Virus record (IMG/VR): IMGVR_UViG_3300032250_000269 | Coordinates: 25,069 to 89,068 of that record | Strand: one strand, 5' to 3' | Source of the DNA: a virus | Taxonomy: Duplodnaviria; Heunggongvirae; Uroviricota; Caudoviricetes | DNA: 64,000 bases | Shown here: one piece after another, positions 36,192-45,335 of the stretch | Numbering within the stretch: the stretch's first letter is position 1 | Layout: each line of letters opens with the position of its first letter | The notes under the pieces: model-generated | Databases searched by the model: none | Seen by the model: the letters and a program-made list of their open reading frames with translations, nothing else | Told to the model about the DNA's origin: nothing | Program-made: the position numbers and the translations under genes

Positions 36192-38372
36192 ATGTTAACT
36201 TTTATCAACTATATGTTAATGATCGAAGCCAAGGTAGATGATTTGGTGACGAAGCACCCTGAACACGCAGAAGCAATTCGTGCATACAATGCTGCTGATC
36301 CTACACCTACCAAGAAGTTTTTGCCTTGGTTAGTAAAGCAACATATTGCTGGTAATGTTACGCCTAATGATGCTAGACTTGGTTCTACACTACAAAATTT
36401 TGATAAAGTAAAACACCAACTTGATAACAAAGATCATAGCGGTTATCATTATAATGATCTTGCTAATAAGGTTGGTGATCGTGTCAAAGCAAAGTTAGAA
36501 GCAGACGCAAAAAAGAATGCTGTAGAGACTATCCATAAAGAACCAAGCGGTATAACAGCACAACATATCAAAACCAAAGAAGCTTCACAAGACCTTTATG
36601 GTGGCGGCGCTGAACGTGGTGGTAAGAAAGGATGTGCTCGTGGTACTTCATGGTGTGTTTCTGCACGTTCTGAAGGAAACTTGTTTGATCGTTATGGTCA
36701 TATGTATACCATACACGATCCAAACGATGATAATGCACCTTATGCCGTACATCCATTCAATCGTGGCGGTATCATAACGTCAAGACATAATGATGGTGAT
36801 AAATCATACAAACTAGTATTAGAACAAAAGCCACATTTAAAAAATGCTGTTAATGCTATTATTGATCATTCCGCAAAACATATTGATGAAATGATGACAG
36901 GCGAAGAAGCTCGTAATGCTATTAATCATCCAAATATAACACCAGAGCATATCGATAAGGCATTAAATCATCCTTATGATAATGGTGTTCGTGAAAAGGC
37001 CGCTGCTCATCCGAATGCAAGTCCTGCAAACATTGAAAAGGCTTTGAAGGCTAATCAGCCAGCCACTGTGCAAGAAGCAGCAATTAGAAACCCAAATGCT
37101 ACTCATGCACAAATTCAAAACGCACTAGAAAATGGAGACAGTGGATTAATCATTTCTGCAATCAGTAATCCAAATCTATCATCAAGTCATATTGATCATG
37201 TTTTGAAAAATGGTTCTAAGCTTCAGAAAATTAAGGCGATGCAACATCCAAATGTAACATCAGAGCATATCACCAAAGCACTAAATGATCCAGAAGCGTC
37301 TGTCCGTTATGCTGCTATAAATCATCCAAATGCAACCGCAGAACACATTACCAAAGCATTAGATGATCCAGATGATAATGTGCGTTATGAAATTATGAGG
37401 TCTGGACACAAAAATATGACACCAGAGCATATCACCAAAGCACTAGATGATACTGATGCTGGTGTGCGTAGGGTTGCTTTGAAAAACTCATTAGTTACAC
37501 CAGAACATATCACCAAAGCACTAGATGATACTGATGCTGGTGTGCGTAGGATTGCTATAGAACATCATAAAATAATACCAGAACATATCACCAAAGCACT
37601 AGATGATACTGATGCTGGTGTGCGTAGGATTGCTATAGAACATCATAAAATAATACCAGATCATATTACCAAAGCATTGAAAAGTGCAGACGCTGATGTT
37701 CGTGAGATTGCTATAAAAAATCGTAATGCAACACCAGAGCATATCACACAAGCATTAGATGATCCTGACACATATGTTCGTGAATCTGCTATAAAAAATC
37801 GTAATGCAACACCAGATCACATCACCAAAGCACTAAATGACAAAAATGTTAATGTACGTGCTGTCGCTGCGTATCGCTCAAATGCAACAGAAGATCATAT
37901 TACTAAAGCATTAAATGATGAACACCCACAAGTTCGTAGGGCTGCTATAGAAAATCGAAATGCAACACCAAAGCATATTAATAAGGCATTAGATGATAAA
38001 AACTTTAATGTTCGTTTTGCTGCTATTGATAATCGAAATGCAACACCAGATCACATCACCAAAGCACTAAATGATAAAGATAATAATGTTCGTCGTGCTG
38101 CTATAAGACATCCAAATGCAAACACCGAGCATATTACCAAAGCATTGGATGATTCTAACAACTATGTTCGTGAAGCTGCTTTAGAACATCCAAATGTAAC
38201 ACCAGATCATATCACCAAAGCATTGGACGATCCTGATGAATATGTTCGTGGAATTGCTATAGAACATCCTAAAGCAACCGCAGAACACATTAAAAAAGCA
38301 TTAAATGATCCAGATTATGATGTTAGATTAACCGCACAGGTCAAAGCTGATGCTATACGTCCAAGACAATAA
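36192..38372 (+). CDS. large protein: novel N-terminal domain plus about 19 HEAT-like (PBS-lyase type) repeats
   Basis: Tandem 31-aa units HITKALDDxDxxVRxxAIxHPNATPE; N-terminus MLTFINYMLMIEAK. Confidence 0.6.
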   Translation: MLTFINYMLMIEAKVDDLVTKHPEHAEAIRAYNAADPTPTKKFLPWLVKQHIAGNVTPNDARLGSTLQNFDKVKHQLDNKDHSGYHYNDLANKVGDRVKAKLEADAKKNAVETIHKEPSGITAQHIKTKEASQDLYGGGAERGGKKGCARGTSWCVSARSEGNLFDRYGHMYTIHDPNDDNAPYAVHPFNRGGIITSRHNDGDKSYKLVLEQKPHLKNAVNAIIDHSAKHIDEMMTGEEARNAINHPNITPEHIDKALNHPYDNGVREKAAAHPNASPANIEKALKANQPATVQEAAIRNPNATHAQIQNALENGDSGLIISAISNPNLSSSHIDHVLKNGSKLQKIKAMQHPNVTSEHITKALNDPEASVRYAAINHPNATAEHITKALDDPDDNVRYEIMRSGHKNMTPEHITKALDDTDAGVRRVALKNSLVTPEHITKALDDTDAGVRRIAIEHHKIIPEHITKALDDTDAGVRRIAIEHHKIIPDHITKALKSADADVREIAIKNRNATPEHITQALDDPDTYVRESAIKNRNATPDHITKALNDKNVNVRAVAAYRSNATEDHITKALNDEHPQVRRAAIENRNATPKHINKALDDKNFNVRFAAIDNRNATPDHITKALNDKDNNVRRAAIRHPNANTEHITKALDDSNNYVREAALEHPNVTPDHITKALDDPDEYVRGIAIEHPKATAEHIKKALNDPDYDVRLTAQVKADAIRPRQ
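37438..37716 (+). repeat. three near-identical tandem 93-bp DNA repeats inside the HEAT-repeat gene
   Basis: Repeated unit ...CCAGAACATATCACCAAAGCACTAGATGATACTGATGCTGGTGTGCGTAGGATTGCTATAGAACATCATAAAATAATA. Confidence 0.8.
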
Positions 38373-38390
38373 ACAAGTAAGGTTTAATAA

Positions 38391-40028
38391 ATGTTAACTT
38401 TTATCAACTATATGTTAATGATCGAAGCCAAGGTAGATGACTTGGCAGCAAAGCACCCTGAACATGCAGAAGCGATTCGTGCTTATCATGCTGCTGATCC
38501 ATCACCAACCAAGAAGTTCCTACCTTGGTTAGTAAAGCAACATATTGCTGGTAATGTAACTCCTAATGATGTAAGACTTGGCTCTACTTTACAACACTTC
38601 GACAAAGTAAAGCATCAACTTGATAACAAAGATCATAGTGGTTATCATTATAATGATCTTGCTAATGCTGTTGGTGATCGTGTCAAAGCTAAACTTGAAG
38701 CTGATGCAAAAAAGAATTCTGTAGAAACCATTCACAAAGAACCAAGCGGTATAACAGCACAACAAATCAAGACCAAAGAAGCATCACAAGACCTTTATGG
38801 AGGTGGAGAAGCTCGTGGTGGTAAGAAAGGTTGTGCACGTGGTACAAACTGGTGCGTTTCTGCTCGTCCCTCTTCTCATGGTGATGGAAATCTTTTTGGA
38901 CATTATGGTCATATGTATACTATACATGATTCAAATGATGAAAATGCACCATATGCTGTGCATCCTTTTTATTATGGTGGTCCGACAATCACTTCTAGAC
39001 ATAATGATGGAGACAAACCACATACACAAGTATTGGCACAGAAACCACACTTAAAAAAAGCTGTGAATGCTATTCTAAATCATTCTGCAAAACATATCGA
39101 TTCATTAATTAATTCAGATGATGATGATGAAGTTTATCATGCCATTAGCCATCCACGTGCGACACCAGAGCATATTGATAAAGCATTAAGTCATACCGAT
39201 TCTGATGTTCGTAATACTGCTGCTAGTCATCCCAATGCATCTCCTGCAAATATTCAAAAGGCTATGAAAGGCAGTGCTTCCATGCAAGAAGAAGCAATCA
39301 AAAATCCAAATGCTACTCATGCTCAAATTCAAAATGCATTGGAGAATGGTCATGGTGGTTTAGTTCGTGCTGCTATTGATAATCCAAATCTATCATCAAG
39401 CCATATTCATCATATTTTGGATCATGGTTCTGAAATACACCGTATCGTAGCTTTAAATCATGCTAATGCAACGGAAGATCATATTACTAAGGCATTAGAT
39501 GATGTTAATACAAGTGTTCGTTTTGCTGCTTTAAACCATCCAAAAGTCACACCTGATCATATTACTAAAGCATTGAGTAATGATGATCCAGAGGTTCGTG
39601 CTGCTGCTATACGTCATCAAAATGCAACACCAGATCATATCACAAAGGCATTGAATGACGATGATCCAGATGTTCGTGCTGCTGCTATACGTCATCAAAA
39701 TGCTACACCTGATCATATTACTAAAGCATTAGATGATCCCATTCGTGTAGTTCGTCTATCTGCTATAAATCATCCAAATGCAACACCAGAGCATATTACT
39801 AAAGCACTAAATGATTCTCACCCATATGTTCGTGCTGCTGCTATAAATCATCCAAATGCAACACCAGATCATATCACTAAAGCACTAAATGATCCTGATT
39901 TTCAAGTTCGCAAAGCCGCTATTAAAAACCCAAATCGTACACCAGAGCATATTGCTAAAGCATTGAATGACGATGATGGAATAGTTCGTGATGCTGCTGA
40001 CGTTGCTCGTATCCAACAAAATCGATGA
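38391..40028 (+). CDS. paralog of the preceding HEAT-repeat protein
   Basis: Near-identical N-terminal domain, divergent repeat number. Confidence 0.6.
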   Translation: MLTFINYMLMIEAKVDDLAAKHPEHAEAIRAYHAADPSPTKKFLPWLVKQHIAGNVTPNDVRLGSTLQHFDKVKHQLDNKDHSGYHYNDLANAVGDRVKAKLEADAKKNSVETIHKEPSGITAQQIKTKEASQDLYGGGEARGGKKGCARGTNWCVSARPSSHGDGNLFGHYGHMYTIHDSNDENAPYAVHPFYYGGPTITSRHNDGDKPHTQVLAQKPHLKKAVNAILNHSAKHIDSLINSDDDDEVYHAISHPRATPEHIDKALSHTDSDVRNTAASHPNASPANIQKAMKGSASMQEEAIKNPNATHAQIQNALENGHGGLVRAAIDNPNLSSSHIHHILDHGSEIHRIVALNHANATEDHITKALDDVNTSVRFAALNHPKVTPDHITKALSNDDPEVRAAAIRHQNATPDHITKALNDDDPDVRAAAIRHQNATPDHITKALDDPIRVVRLSAINHPNATPEHITKALNDSHPYVRAAAINHPNATPDHITKALNDPDFQVRKAAIKNPNRTPEHIAKALNDDDGIVRDAADVARIQQNR

Positions 40029-40109
40029 TAAATAAGTATATAATAATAAAAGCACAACATAAAAACTGGTGGGGGGTGGCATTTTTTAGTGTTGCTCCCC
40101 ATTTTTTAC

Positions 40110-40139
40110 TTGACAAAGCACGAATCACTTGATATAATC
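40110..40139 (+). promoter_or_regulatory. perfect sigma70-type promoter TTGACA-17-TATAAT
   Basis: TTGACAAAGCACGAATCACTTGATATAAT. Confidence 0.65.
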
Positions 40140-40188
40140 CGTATGTCGGCATGAAATATTACTATAAACATAATATAAAGGAACTTAC

Positions 40189-40395
40189 ATGCAACAAGAA
40201 AACAAGAAGAGAAATGCAATGTATGCTTTACCATGTAAGTTCAATGAAGAAGATTATGAAGAAATATTCTTTATAACATTCAATACAAAAAATGAAAGAG
40301 AAGCATTAAGATTAGCTAGCTGTGTATGTGGTAAAGACTCAAACAAAAGTTTAGTCATTATAACAGAAGATGGTGAATATTACGATTGTAGTTGA
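40189..40395 (+). CDS. hypothetical small protein
   Basis: 68 aa; consensus promoter upstream, hairpin terminator downstream. Confidence 0.4.
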   Translation: MQQENKKRNAMYALPCKFNEEDYEEIFFITFNTKNEREALRLASCVCGKDSNKSLVIITEDGEYYDCS

Positions 40396-40396
40396 C

Positions 40397-40450
40397 TGAC
40401 TGATATATCATGCATAAAAGGCTATTACGACTGATATATCAGTCATTTTA
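40397..40450 (+). terminator. hairpin terminator (14-bp stem, 21-nt loop, TTTT)
   Basis: TGACTGATATATCA...TGATATATCAGTCA then TTTTA. Confidence 0.55.
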
Positions 40451-40462
40451 TAGGAGAGCAAT

Positions 40463-40684
40463 ATGAGAGATAAAGCTTTTCGTAGAGAAGCTGAAAAGCG
40501 TAAAAAAGAATGGGCAAAAAAGACCTTTACACATGAATATTGGAATGGTATGTCTGATGTTCAAGTTGGAATACGTGCTCACTCTCCAAAAAAGTGTTCC
40601 TGCTTGATGTGTGGTAATCCAAGAAAACATTGGAAACAAAAGACCATACAGGAAAAAAAGCATTTAGGGGTTGACATTTTCTAA
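40463..40684 (+). CDS. small basic Cys/His protein (possible Zn-binding)
   Basis: CSCLMCGNPRKH. Confidence 0.4.
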   Translation: MRDKAFRREAEKRKKEWAKKTFTHEYWNGMSDVQVGIRAHSPKKCSCLMCGNPRKHWKQKTIQEKKHLGVDIF

Positions 40685-40755
40685 ACAATCCCTATATACA
40701 AGAAATCACTCAGATAGACTGTGTGATATATTTTAACACAAAGGAGTTTTGTGGA

Positions 40756-41856
40756 ATGGACAAAGAATTTGATCTACTAGTTTTCATTGGGCGTTTTCAG
40801 CCCTTTCATACTCAACATAAACACGTAATTGATATTGCTCTTCAGAAAGCTAATAAGGTTCTTATTCTTATTGGTTCTTCTGGGAAAGCACGTACTATTC
40901 GCAATCCGTTCACTTTTGATGAACGTTGCGATATGATTCACAAATCATTTCTTGACTATGATCTTGATGCATCAAATGATGTAGATGGATGTGTAGCAAC
41001 TTCTCGTCTTATCATCAAGCCTCTCTATGACAAGACTTACAATGATGCTGCTTGGATCAAGCAAGTACAGGATATTGTCAAGGATACTACACTTCGTATT
41101 ATGAATCCAAGTGGTTTCATGGCCTCTGGATTGAATGATGCTAAGGTTGGTTTGATTGGTGCCAGTAAGGACAACACTAGCTACTATCTGAAGCTTTTTC
41201 CTCAATGGGGTTCTGTCAATGTACCTATCAATACGATGATGCATTCGACAGCAATTCGTGATGGTTTCTTTTCTGGTAAGATGAAGCGTCATGAATTGAT
41301 CACAAATGAACTTACTACACCTGTTGCAAATTTCATGTTTAATGAGTTTGCTCATACTGATGAGTTTTCTCAGCTTCAGCGTGAACTCGATCATGTGAAA
41401 AAGTATAAGGAAGCATGGAAAGCTGCACCTTATGCCGTAAAGCATATCACAGTAGATGCTATTGTTGAACAGAGCGGTCATATTCTGGTTGTAAAGCGTA
41501 GAAGCGAACCGGGTAAGGGTCTATGGGCTTTGCCGGGTGGTCATCTAGAAGAATTTGAAACTCTTGAAGATGGTGTTATTCGTGAGCTACGTGAAGAAAC
41601 CAAGATTAAGGTTCCTGATCCTGTTCTTCGTGGTTCGATTCAAAAGACGCATATGTTTGATGATCCACATCGTTCAAATATTGGTCGTGTAATCACTTTT
41701 GCTGCACACATTAAGCTTAATGATGATACCAAGCTTCCAAAGGTAAAGGGTGCTGATGATGCAGAAAAGGCGATATGGTTGCCAATCACTGATGTGAAGG
41801 AAGATATGCTTTTTGATGATCATTATCACATCATTAGTTATTTCTTGGGTCTTTGA
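40756..41856 (+). CDS. natV: bifunctional NMN adenylyltransferase / Nudix hydrolase (NadM-Nudix, KVP40 NatV-like)
   Basis: GRFQPFHTQH (HxGH) nucleotidyltransferase motif; Nudix box GGHLEEFETLEDGVIRELREETKI. Confidence 0.8.
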   Translation: MDKEFDLLVFIGRFQPFHTQHKHVIDIALQKANKVLILIGSSGKARTIRNPFTFDERCDMIHKSFLDYDLDASNDVDGCVATSRLIIKPLYDKTYNDAAWIKQVQDIVKDTTLRIMNPSGFMASGLNDAKVGLIGASKDNTSYYLKLFPQWGSVNVPINTMMHSTAIRDGFFSGKMKRHELITNELTTPVANFMFNEFAHTDEFSQLQRELDHVKKYKEAWKAAPYAVKHITVDAIVEQSGHILVVKRRSEPGKGLWALPGGHLEEFETLEDGVIRELREETKIKVPDPVLRGSIQKTHMFDDPHRSNIGRVITFAAHIKLNDDTKLPKVKGADDAEKAIWLPITDVKEDMLFDDHYHIISYFLGL

Positions 41857-41945
41857 ATAAAGACTTGACAAATTTTTGATTTATCGTAAACGTAAAAATG
41901 GCAAGGGATAGACTCAAGCCAAAAAACAAATAGAGGAGTTCTATT

Positions 41946-43316
41946 ATGAAAAATATTATTCTAAATTCAGATAGTTACAAGTACAGTCAGTTCAATCAAT
42001 ACCCGGAAGGGACTGAGTACATCTACAGCTACATCGAAAGTCGTGGTGGTAAGTATGATGAGACTGTGTTCTTTGGTCTTCAGGCATTCATCAAGGAATA
42101 CTTGACAAAGCCTATCGATTATTATGATATTGATGAAGCAGCCGCCATTATTGGTGCACATGGAGAACCTTTCAACTATAAAGGTTGGGAATACATCGTT
42201 CGTGAACATGGTGGTTATCTTCCTGTGAAGATCACGGCTGTTCCTGAAGGTCTTGTTATTCCCACTCGTAATGTGCTGGCAACTATTGTTAACACTGATC
42301 CTAAGTGTTACTGGTTGACTAGCTTCCTAGAAACTGCACTGCTTCGTGCTATTTGGTATCCTACCACAGTGGCTACTAACAGTCGTGAAATTAAGAAGGT
42401 TATTCTTGATGCTCTTGAGCGTACCGGTACTCCTGAAGATATTGCTTTTAAGCTTCATGACTTTGGCGCTCGTGGAGTCAGTAGTCTCGAAAGTGCAGGA
42501 ATTGGTGGTGCTGCCCACTTGGTCAACTTCATGGGTACTGACACTGTTGAGGCTTTGCTTTATGCTCGTCGTTATTATGGTGCTGATATGGCCGGGTTCT
42601 CAGTTCCTGCAATGGAGCACTCAACTGTAACTAGCTGGGGTCGTGAACGTGAGGTTGATTCATACCGCAATATGGTAAAGAAGAATGGCAAACCCGGTGG
42701 TATTGTATCTGCTGTTAGTGATAGCTATGATATCTTCAATGCATGTAAGCTTTGGGGTACTGAGCTAAAGCAGGATGTTCTTGATTCAGGTGCAACTCTT
42801 GTAGTTCGTCCTGATTCTGGTAAGCCTGATGAAGTTGTTCTTGGTTGTCTTGTGGTGCTTGATAAGTACTTTGGTCACACTATCAATAACAAGGGATACA
42901 AGGTATTGAATAACGTTCGTGTCCTTCAAGGTGATGGTATTACGATTGATTCAATCAAGGAAATCCTTGCTCTTATTATTGCTAATGGCTATAGTGCAGA
43001 TAATCTTGTATTCGGTCAAGGTGGTGCATTGCTTCAGATTGTCAATCGTGATGATCAGAAGTTTGCTATGAAGTGTTCTGCTGCTTTTGTTAATGGTAAG
43101 TGGGTTGATGTATTCAAAGACCCTATTACTGACAAGGGTAAGCAGAGTAAGAAGGGTAAGCTCAAGTTGGTCAAAGATGTAGATCATTATATTACTATCA
43201 ACAGCCACGATAAAATGTTCGAAATCCTTCACGATGAGATGGAAGTTGTATTCGAAAATGGTGTACTTCTTCGTGACATGAGCTTTGATGAAGTTAGAAA
43301 AAATGCAAATATGTAA
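41946..43316 (+). CDS. nadV: nicotinamide phosphoribosyltransferase (NadV/Nampt)
   Basis: N-terminus NSDSYKYSQ and size typical of Nampt; adjacent to NMNAT. Confidence 0.85.
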   Translation: MKNIILNSDSYKYSQFNQYPEGTEYIYSYIESRGGKYDETVFFGLQAFIKEYLTKPIDYYDIDEAAAIIGAHGEPFNYKGWEYIVREHGGYLPVKITAVPEGLVIPTRNVLATIVNTDPKCYWLTSFLETALLRAIWYPTTVATNSREIKKVILDALERTGTPEDIAFKLHDFGARGVSSLESAGIGGAAHLVNFMGTDTVEALLYARRYYGADMAGFSVPAMEHSTVTSWGREREVDSYRNMVKKNGKPGGIVSAVSDSYDIFNACKLWGTELKQDVLDSGATLVVRPDSGKPDEVVLGCLVVLDKYFGHTINNKGYKVLNNVRVLQGDGITIDSIKEILALIIANGYSADNLVFGQGGALLQIVNRDDQKFAMKCSAAFVNGKWVDVFKDPITDKGKQSKKGKLKLVKDVDHYITINSHDKMFEILHDEMEVVFENGVLLRDMSFDEVRKNANM

Positions 43317-43389
43317 AAAAAGTGTTGACAGATGCATTTTTTTCTCATATTTACGACTCAACTTGTATAAATAACTATGTAAGAAATAA

Positions 43390-43578
43390 TTTGCATTAAA
43401 GGAAAAATCGTGCAACTCACCTATCAACCCATTATACAAGATATGAAGCCAGCCTGTTCATTAGAACATGGCCGCTTTGCGTCTGTCAATAATGGCGTAT
43501 GGACAGGCAAGATGTAACCGGAGCACGACACAGGTATAAGTTGTCAAGCCCCGGTCTAAAAAACCGGGGCTTTTTTTA
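43390..43578 (+). ncRNA. candidate small RNA with its own terminator
   Basis: ORF-free 150 nt between promoter-like TTGACA (43325) and strong hairpin AGCCCCGGT...ACCGGGGCT plus T7. Confidence 0.35.
43547..43578 (+). terminator. rho-independent terminator
   Basis: AGCCCCGGT-CTAAAAA-ACCGGGGCT plus T7. Confidence 0.75.
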
Positions 43579-43583
43579 TAGGG

Positions 43584-43640
43584 TTGACACAGTTTGCGAA
43601 TCAGTTTATAAGAGACTTCATAAAGAGAAGGAAATTAGAA
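43584..43640 (+). promoter_or_regulatory. consensus promoter
   Basis: TTGACA CAGTTTGCGAATCAGTT TATAAG. Confidence 0.55.
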
Positions 43641-43853
43641 ATGGATTCGATTGCTCTTAAGTATGATTATCGCCATGGTGGTCCTTATGACCGTGGTTCG
43701 GCTGATGCTTATTATCGTCGTCCTTATAGTCCTCACTATTATGTTGGTTGTACCTATGATAGTGAAAAGATTACGGACTTGACAGAAGATGAGCTTATGG
43801 AGTATCAAGCTGGTTATAGCGATCAGAATAATTCTGGGGATTTTAAAGATTAA
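43641..43853 (+). CDS. hypothetical small protein (Tyr-rich)
   Basis: 70 aa; consensus promoter upstream. Confidence 0.4.
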   Translation: MDSIALKYDYRHGGPYDRGSADAYYRRPYSPHYYVGCTYDSEKITDLTEDELMEYQAGYSDQNNSGDFKD

Positions 43854-43915
43854 GGAGACCAATTTATTGGTCTGTCACGGCTGGTGAAAAACACTGTAAG
43901 ACCGATGAGATTAAT

Positions 43916-43992
43916 GGGGGTATAGCCCAACAGGCAGAGGCAGGAGACTTAAAATCTCTTCAGTGCGAGTTCGAATCTCGCTATCCCTACCA
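43916..43992 (+). tRNA. tRNA, class I length; anticodon loop CTTAAAA gives apparent UAA anticodon (Leu-type) with A73
   Basis: 7-bp acceptor GGGGGTA/TATCCCT, T-arm GCGAG-TTCGAAT-CTCGC, CCA encoded. Confidence 0.6.
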
Positions 43993-44093
43993 AAGTTTAA
44001 GTTTTTCCGTTGGGTTCGATTCCCAAGGTATATAGATGGTCTTCGTCAAGGTTCGACTCCTTGATATATCGAATAAGCATGGTGGTGGATTAT

Positions 44094-44167
44094 GCCCCTA
44101 TAGTTAAATGGTATAACAGTTGCCTTGTAAGCATCAATCCACAGTTCGATTCTGTGTGGGGGCACCA
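44094..44167 (+). tRNA. tRNA-Thr (UGU) probable
   Basis: Acceptor GCCCCTA/TGGGGGC, T-loop TTCGATT, loop CTTGTAA. Confidence 0.6.
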
Positions 44168-44190
44168 GAGTAAAAGATATTTAAAGTTTT

Positions 44191-44266
44191 GGGGATATAG
44201 CTCAGTTGGGAGAGCAGTAGCTTTGCAAGCTTCAGGTCAGGAGTTCGAACCTCCTTATCTCCACCA
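44191..44266 (+). tRNA. tRNA-Ala (UGC)
   Basis: G3:U70 wobble pair, loop TTTGCAA, T-arm GGAGTTCGAACCTCC. Confidence 0.7.
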
Positions 44267-44337
44267 AGTTAGAGGTTGACATTCAATAAGCACGGAGGTA
44301 CTGTAATTGAATGTTGGCTTCGACATAATAAATTGTA

Positions 44338-44411
44338 GCGGGAGGGAGGTCTGGTATCTCACTGGTTTCATAAGCCATTAGAAGCGGTTCGAATCCGTCT
44401 CTCCGCAACCA
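44338..44411 (+). tRNA. tRNA-like (CAU loop?), structure uncertain
   Basis: T-arm GCGGTTCGAATCCGT and CCA end, but acceptor pairing is poor. Confidence 0.3.
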
Positions 44412-44513
44412 TTTATTGCTCTTTGACATTGTTAGAAAAAAAGTAATTTTACTTTAAAGATCAATTGCGGCTTCGGTCTATATATTGACGCCATTTATGG
44501 TAGTTATTTTACG

Positions 44514-44589
44514 TCTGGGAGAGGGCAAATGGCGAGCCGCTGCGTTTGGGGCGCAGAGACAGTGATTTCGAATATCACCTTCCAGACCA
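44514..44589 (+). tRNA. tRNA-Pro (UGG) probable
   Basis: Acceptor TCTGGGA/TTCCAGA, anticodon arm CTGCG-TTTGGGG-CGCAG, T-loop TTCGAAT. Confidence 0.6.
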
Positions 44590-44659
44590 TTTAGTTTTCT
44601 TGCTTTCTTTAAAAAGCAAGTGGTGGATGCTCGTATCCTAGTGATACGGCCCTAAATAT

Positions 44660-44735
44660 GGTGTCGGTAGTTCAGTGGTAGAACGGAGGCTTGTGGTGCC
44701 TCATGTCGTGGGTTCGATCCCCATCCTTCACCCCA
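44660..44735 (+). tRNA. tRNA-His (GUG) with G-1
   Basis: Anticodon arm GAGGC-TTGTGGT-GCCTC, C73 then CCA; 2 acceptor mismatches. Confidence 0.6.
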
Positions 44736-44736
44736 T

Positions 44737-44814
44737 GTCGGTGTAGCTTAGCCCGGTCTAAAGCAACGGTCTCCAAAACCGTGATCGTGAGTTCGAATCT
44801 CACCACCTTCGCCA
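44737..44814 (+). tRNA. tRNA-Trp (CCA)
   Basis: Anticodon arm ACGGT-CTCCAAA-ACCGT; T-arm GTGAG-TTCGAAT-CTCAC; 1 nt after tRNA-His. Confidence 0.6.
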
Positions 44815-44834
44815 TTTTAAACAATAGGTGATTT

Positions 44835-45272
44835 ATGATTGAAGAAGCACGGAAAGCAATATTGGCATCAAGTCAAAATTCTTCTGTTTATATCGGTGCT
44901 GATAGTATCCGTTATAAGAAAAATGGTAAGTGGTTTGCGAAGTATTCAACAGTGATTGTCCTTCACATGGATTCTAAGCATGGTTGTAGGTTGTTCAGTA
45001 AAAGCATTGATTTGCCAGACTATGGAAACTTAAAGCAACGCTTACTTACAGAAGTTGGATATGCTATCGAAGCAGCTACAGAGATTATTGATGCAGTTGG
45101 TGATCGTCATTTGGAAATCCACATTGACGTTAATCCAAATCCTAATCATAAGTCATCTGTTGCAATCAAGGAAGCCTTGGGTTATGTTAAGGGTTCTCTT
45201 GGTATAGATGCTATTCCAAAGCCACATGGTTGGGCTGCTACACATGCTGCTGATCATATAGCTAATAACTAA
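44835..45272 (+). CDS. hypothetical protein (possibly RNase-H-like fold)
   Basis: 145 aa. Confidence 0.45.
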   Translation: MIEEARKAILASSQNSSVYIGADSIRYKKNGKWFAKYSTVIVLHMDSKHGCRLFSKSIDLPDYGNLKQRLLTEVGYAIEAATEIIDAVGDRHLEIHIDVNPNPNHKSSVAIKEALGYVKGSLGIDAIPKPHGWAATHAADHIANN

Positions 45273-45280
45273 TTTTTTTG

Positions 45281-45335
45281 TTGACACTCCATTCCTTATG
45301 ATTTATAACCCATCTCATAAGGAATGGAGATTGAA
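45281..45335 (+). promoter_or_regulatory. promoter embedded in a hairpin
   Basis: TTGACA then 15-bp stem CTCCATTCCTTATGA...TCATAAGGAATGGAG with TATAAC in the loop. Confidence 0.5.

Noticed and set aside
36900-39960. CRISPR array suggested by regularly spaced DNA repeats
   Set aside because: The repeats are in-frame coding repeats of HEAT-like units (93-bp periodicity, translated as HITKALDD...). They are not 28-37 bp direct repeats with unique spacers.
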